Shown here: positions 27,282 to 30,436 of the stretch, piece after piece
Numbering within the stretch: position 1 is the first letter of the stretch
Layout of the letters: every line of letters starts with the position of its first letter
From: Oculatellaceae cyanobacterium bins.114
GTDB lineage: Bacteria; Cyanobacteriota; Cyanobacteriia; Elainellales; Elainellaceae
Assembly: GCA_033764315.1 (NCBI GenBank)
Contig: JANRJA010000021.1
Span: forward strand, 1 to 30,436
Length of the DNA: 30,436 nt
Direction of reading: 5' to 3'
Translations under genes and position numbers: made by a program
The notes under the pieces: model-generated
Databases searched by the model: none
What the model was told of the DNA's origin: nothing
What the model saw: only the letters and a program-made list of their open reading frames with translations

Positions 27282-28565
27282 TCAAGACCCTAACAAAAAC
27301 TCGTTAATCACACTCCATGCATTTGATTGAGCCGTTTTCTGACGAGCCGCAATGTAATCAGCGAGATAAACCGCATCTCTGGCAACGCCCGAAAACCGCC
27401 CTGACCCCCAGGTATATAACCAGGGAAGCCCCAAGAAATATAAGCCTCTGACAAGAGTGACCCCTCGTTCGTGACCAGGGTAGCCTTTGCCATCAAACAC
27501 AGGCACTTCAACCCAACTAAAATCAGATTGATACCCCGTACACCAGATCACAGTCGTGATTTTTGCCTGTTCACAATGAATCGTTGATGCCTCCGTTTTA
27601 GGTTGCCAAACGGGTTGATAAGGTGGGTCGATTGGGGCTTTAATCCGATGTTTCTCAATGAAGGCATCAATGCTCTTCTTGATGCTTTCAGCCACGGCAT
27701 CGGCCTGGTCTAAATTTTGTTTTAAGTCATCGGCAAATTCTAAAATGCCATTGCTAATTACTTTCAATCTGCCATGCAGTTTCATTCCTTCTAATGCAAA
27801 CTGCCGCAAGTCAATTTCACGTCCACCATCTCGACCCGTGACATAGTGATTGGCTTTCGTTCTCACTTTCTCTTTTTGCGGATGATCATCAATCGACAGG
27901 TCATAATAGCCCATCTGATCGAGCCAATCCACCACATCTTTGCCACGATATCGTCGGGGCGATCGCGGGGCACTGCCTACACATAAGTGAACTTGTCTTC
28001 CAGCTAGATGCAAATCTTCAGCAATCTGACATCCTGATTGTCCAGTTCCAACTACGAGCACGGCTCCATCAGGCAGGGATTGTGGGTTCCGATACTCTGA
28101 AGAGTGAATCTGCACAATCTCTTTGGGCAACCGCTCTGCAATTCTAGGTATTTTGGGCAGATGATAGCTGCCTGACGCAATGACGACCTGATCAGCCGTA
28201 TAGTCCCCTATCGAGGTTGCTAGTTCAAATACTCCTTGAGCTTCATTTTTACTAACTCTTAATACCTCAACGCCTTCTTTAATAGGTGGATTAAAGGAAG
28301 CGGCATATTCCTCAATGTATTGAACAATTTCATCCTTTTTCATAAACCCATTGGGATCGGCTCCTGGATAAGCAAAACCAGGAAGCTGACATTGCCAGTT
28401 AGGAGTCACCAGGCAGAAAGAATCCCATCGTTTTGAACGCCATGAATAACCAATCTGATTTTTCTCAAAAATGATGTGATCAAAGCCTCTTTCACTGAGA
28501 CAGTAGCTCATGGACAGACCAGCTTGTCCACCCCCTACGATGGCAACGGAATAGTGATTTTTCAT
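27282..28565 (-). CDS. MSMEG_0569-family (Nit1C NitH-like) flavin-dependent oxidoreductase
   Basis: GGGQAGLS, RWDSFCLVTPNWQC.LPG, GTGQSGCQIAEDLHL, NHYVTGRDGGREIDLR, LPWLYTWGSGRF. Confidence 0.85.
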   Translation of the reverse strand: MKNHYSVAIVGGGQAGLSMSYCLSERGFDHIIFEKNQIGYSWRSKRWDSFCLVTPNWQCQLPGFAYPGADPNGFMKKDEIVQYIEEYAASFNPPIKEGVEVLRVSKNEAQGVFELATSIGDYTADQVVIASGSYHLPKIPRIAERLPKEIVQIHSSEYRNPQSLPDGAVLVVGTGQSGCQIAEDLHLAGRQVHLCVGSAPRSPRRYRGKDVVDWLDQMGYYDLSIDDHPQKEKVRTKANHYVTGRDGGREIDLRQFALEGMKLHGRLKVISNGILEFADDLKQNLDQADAVAESIKKSIDAFIEKHRIKAPIDPPYQPVWQPKTEASTIHCEQAKITTVIWCTGYQSDFSWVEVPVFDGKGYPGHERGVTLVRGLYFLGLPWLYTWGSGRFSGVARDAVYLADYIAARQKTAQSNAWSVINEFLLGS

Positions 28566-28600
28566 GGGCTACTCTGCTTACTTTGATCGGTTCTACATGC

Positions 28601-28642
28601 ACCATAAAATCTCGAAATAAGTATCACCGTATCTCTTGATAC
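28601..28642 (-). promoter_or_regulatory. NtcA-activated (class II) promoter
   Basis: On the minus strand GTA-TCAAGAGA-TAC (28642-28629), 22 nt, then TATGGT (28606-28601): canonical GTA-N8-TAC-N22-TAN3T. Confidence 0.75.
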
Positions 28643-28755
28643 AGAATATTGAAGACTCAATCAAAGACTACATCTAAGGACAGGAGCGGGTTTTAGAGGC
28701 AAGGTCAAAGAATATATTTCACCCTCCTCCCCTATCTAAATGAATAGGTGCTCTA

Positions 28756-28787
28756 TTGATAGCGATAACACTTGATAGCGATAACAC
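28756..28787. repeat. Perfect 16-bp tandem duplication TTGATAGCGATAACAC
   Basis: Copies at 28756-28771 and 28772-28787. Confidence 0.85.
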
Positions 28788-28980
28788 TGAGGCGATCGCC
28801 AAGGGAATAAAAATTGGCGTTGCTGAATCTTGGGATGAACTGCTCTCATCCACAATCCCTGTACCTTGAGCTACTGTGTATACACGTCTCTGTCTTGTTA
28901 AGTTGAGCTTAGCAGAGCCAAAGCCCCTGATCTGCTCAAGACCCTTAAACTCCATAAGAGCCAGAAGTGATTGGGCGATC

Positions 28981-29007
28981 TATACTGCCCAGTAATGCAC
29001 ATTACTG
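28981..29007 (+). promoter_or_regulatory. -10 box plus palindromic operator upstream of P450
   Basis: TATACT (28981-28986) followed by CAGTAATG-CA-CATTACTG (28990-29007). Confidence 0.55.
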
Positions 29008-29031
29008 AACTTGAAGGGTCTATCAGACGCT

Positions 29032-30381
29032 ATGAAAACTCTGCCACCTCTTAAACAACCTGTTGCTTTACAGCGTATCCAATGGATTTTAGACCCAGTT
29101 GGCTATCTAGAAAGTAATTATCAACAATACCCAGATCTGTTTAGAGCAGATGGCATTGGTTTTGGCAGTGATATTGTGCTCACTAGTCATCCACAGATGA
29201 TGCAGCAGATCCTGACGAACGATCGAAAACAGTTCAGTGCTCCTGGAAGCCTCAACCTGATTTTAGAACCCCTGCTCGGTGATGCCTCAGTCATAACAAT
29301 AGAAGGCGATCGCCACAAACGACGACGCCAGTTGATCATGCCCTCCTTTCATGGCGATCGCCTTTCGGTTTATGGCGATTTGATCTGTCAACTGACTCAC
29401 AAAGCGTGCGAGCAGCTAACAGTCGGTGCGGTATTTTCTGCTCGTACGTTGACTCAAGCTATTTCTCTCCAAGTCATTTTTGAAGTCGTATTTGGTCTTT
29501 CTGAGGGAGCCAGAAATCATCAAATTAAGCAATTGCTAACGGCAATGGCAGACCGATTTAATTCGCCACTGACATCTGCTCTGTTATTTATCAAGGCATT
29601 TCAGAAAGATTGGGGGCCACGCAGTCCCTGGGGCTATTTTTTGAGCCTCAGGCAACAACTTGACGACCTTGTTTATGCTGAGCTTCAAGAGCGACGCACC
29701 CATCCCAATCCCAACCGCACCGATATTCTCTCGTTGATGATGGCTGCTTATGATGAAGAGGGTCAGCCTATGAGTGATAAAGAACTACGAGACGAGTTGA
29801 TGACTCTTTTGTTTGCAGGCCACGAAACCACCGCAACATCAATCGCATGGGCGTTATATTGGCTACATCAATATCCCAATGCCAAAGCGACGCTGTTGCA
29901 AGAGTTGAATAGCTTAGAAGACGCAGATCCTACAACAATTGCCAGGTTGCCCTATCTCACAGCGGTTTGCCAAGAAACGCTACGCCGCACTCCTGTGGCG
30001 ATGTTGACCTTTCCTAGAGTGGCTCTTGAGCCAGTCGAATTTTTTGACTACTCCTTTGACAGTGGCACGATCTTTATGGGTTGCATGTACTTAACCTTAC
30101 AGCGAGAAGACTTGTATCCCAATCCAAAGGAGTTTAGACCCGAACGTTTTCTAGAAAGGAAGTATTCTTCTTTTGAGTTCATTCCTTTTGGCAACGGTGT
30201 CCGTCGCTGTGTTGGGGAGGCATTAGCCCTCTATGAAATGAAGTTAGTATTGGCTACGATCTTGACTCACTATCACCTGGAGCTTGCTAACTCTCGTCCA
30301 GAAGTACCTCGCCGCCGGGGGGTCACGCTTGCCCCTGCCAGAGGAGTGCAGATGAGAATGTTGGGTAACTCAAAGAGGTAA
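29032..30381 (+). CDS. Cytochrome P450, CYP110-like
   Basis: AGHETT I-helix, ETLR, PERF, FGNGVRRCVG heme-ligand motif. ATG at 29032. Confidence 0.93.
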   Translation: MKTLPPLKQPVALQRIQWILDPVGYLESNYQQYPDLFRADGIGFGSDIVLTSHPQMMQQILTNDRKQFSAPGSLNLILEPLLGDASVITIEGDRHKRRRQLIMPSFHGDRLSVYGDLICQLTHKACEQLTVGAVFSARTLTQAISLQVIFEVVFGLSEGARNHQIKQLLTAMADRFNSPLTSALLFIKAFQKDWGPRSPWGYFLSLRQQLDDLVYAELQERRTHPNPNRTDILSLMMAAYDEEGQPMSDKELRDELMTLLFAGHETTATSIAWALYWLHQYPNAKATLLQELNSLEDADPTTIARLPYLTAVCQETLRRTPVAMLTFPRVALEPVEFFDYSFDSGTIFMGCMYLTLQREDLYPNPKEFRPERFLERKYSSFEFIPFGNGVRRCVGEALALYEMKLVLATILTHYHLELANSRPEVPRRRGVTLAPARGVQMRMLGNSKR

Positions 30382-30436
30382 AGAGAACAGTGCTATCTAT
30401 TTGTCAGTGTCAGGACTCAACCTGCTTACAGCAATT

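Noticed and set aside
28719..28955. 78-aa ORF between flavoprotein and P450
   Set aside because: No recognisable family, and it contains a 16-bp duplication that would shift the frame of a real gene.

Overview
Cyanobacterial chromosomal window, judged from dense HIP1 GCGATCGC octamers, heptamer tandem repeats and a canonical NtcA promoter. The main result is a co-oriented minus-strand cluster (371-9770) resembling an alginate (mannuronan) pathway. It encodes a PilZ-less Alg44/HlyD-type protein, GDP-mannose 6-dehydrogenase AlgD, a stand-alone type II phosphomannose isomerase cupin, an Alg8-type GT2 polymerase fused to a beta-helix domain, and an RTX protein with an Azotobacter AlgE-type C-5 epimerase A-module (YGFDPHE) behind seven propeller-like repeats. 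Next come a 1.3 kb AT-rich intergenic region and a CDGSH/DoxX/DODA/glutathionyl-hydroquinone reductase operon. The rest holds a Rad52-like gene behind a putative LexA-boxed promoter, 5-oxoprolinase plus DUF1445 with a divergent LysR, an IS630 remnant, an ankyrin protein, a peptide-binding protein, VOC and hydrolase genes, an orphan MSMEG_0569-family flavoprotein with an NtcA promoter, a CYP110-like P450 and several small repeats. All calls come from motif recognition by eye; no searches were run.
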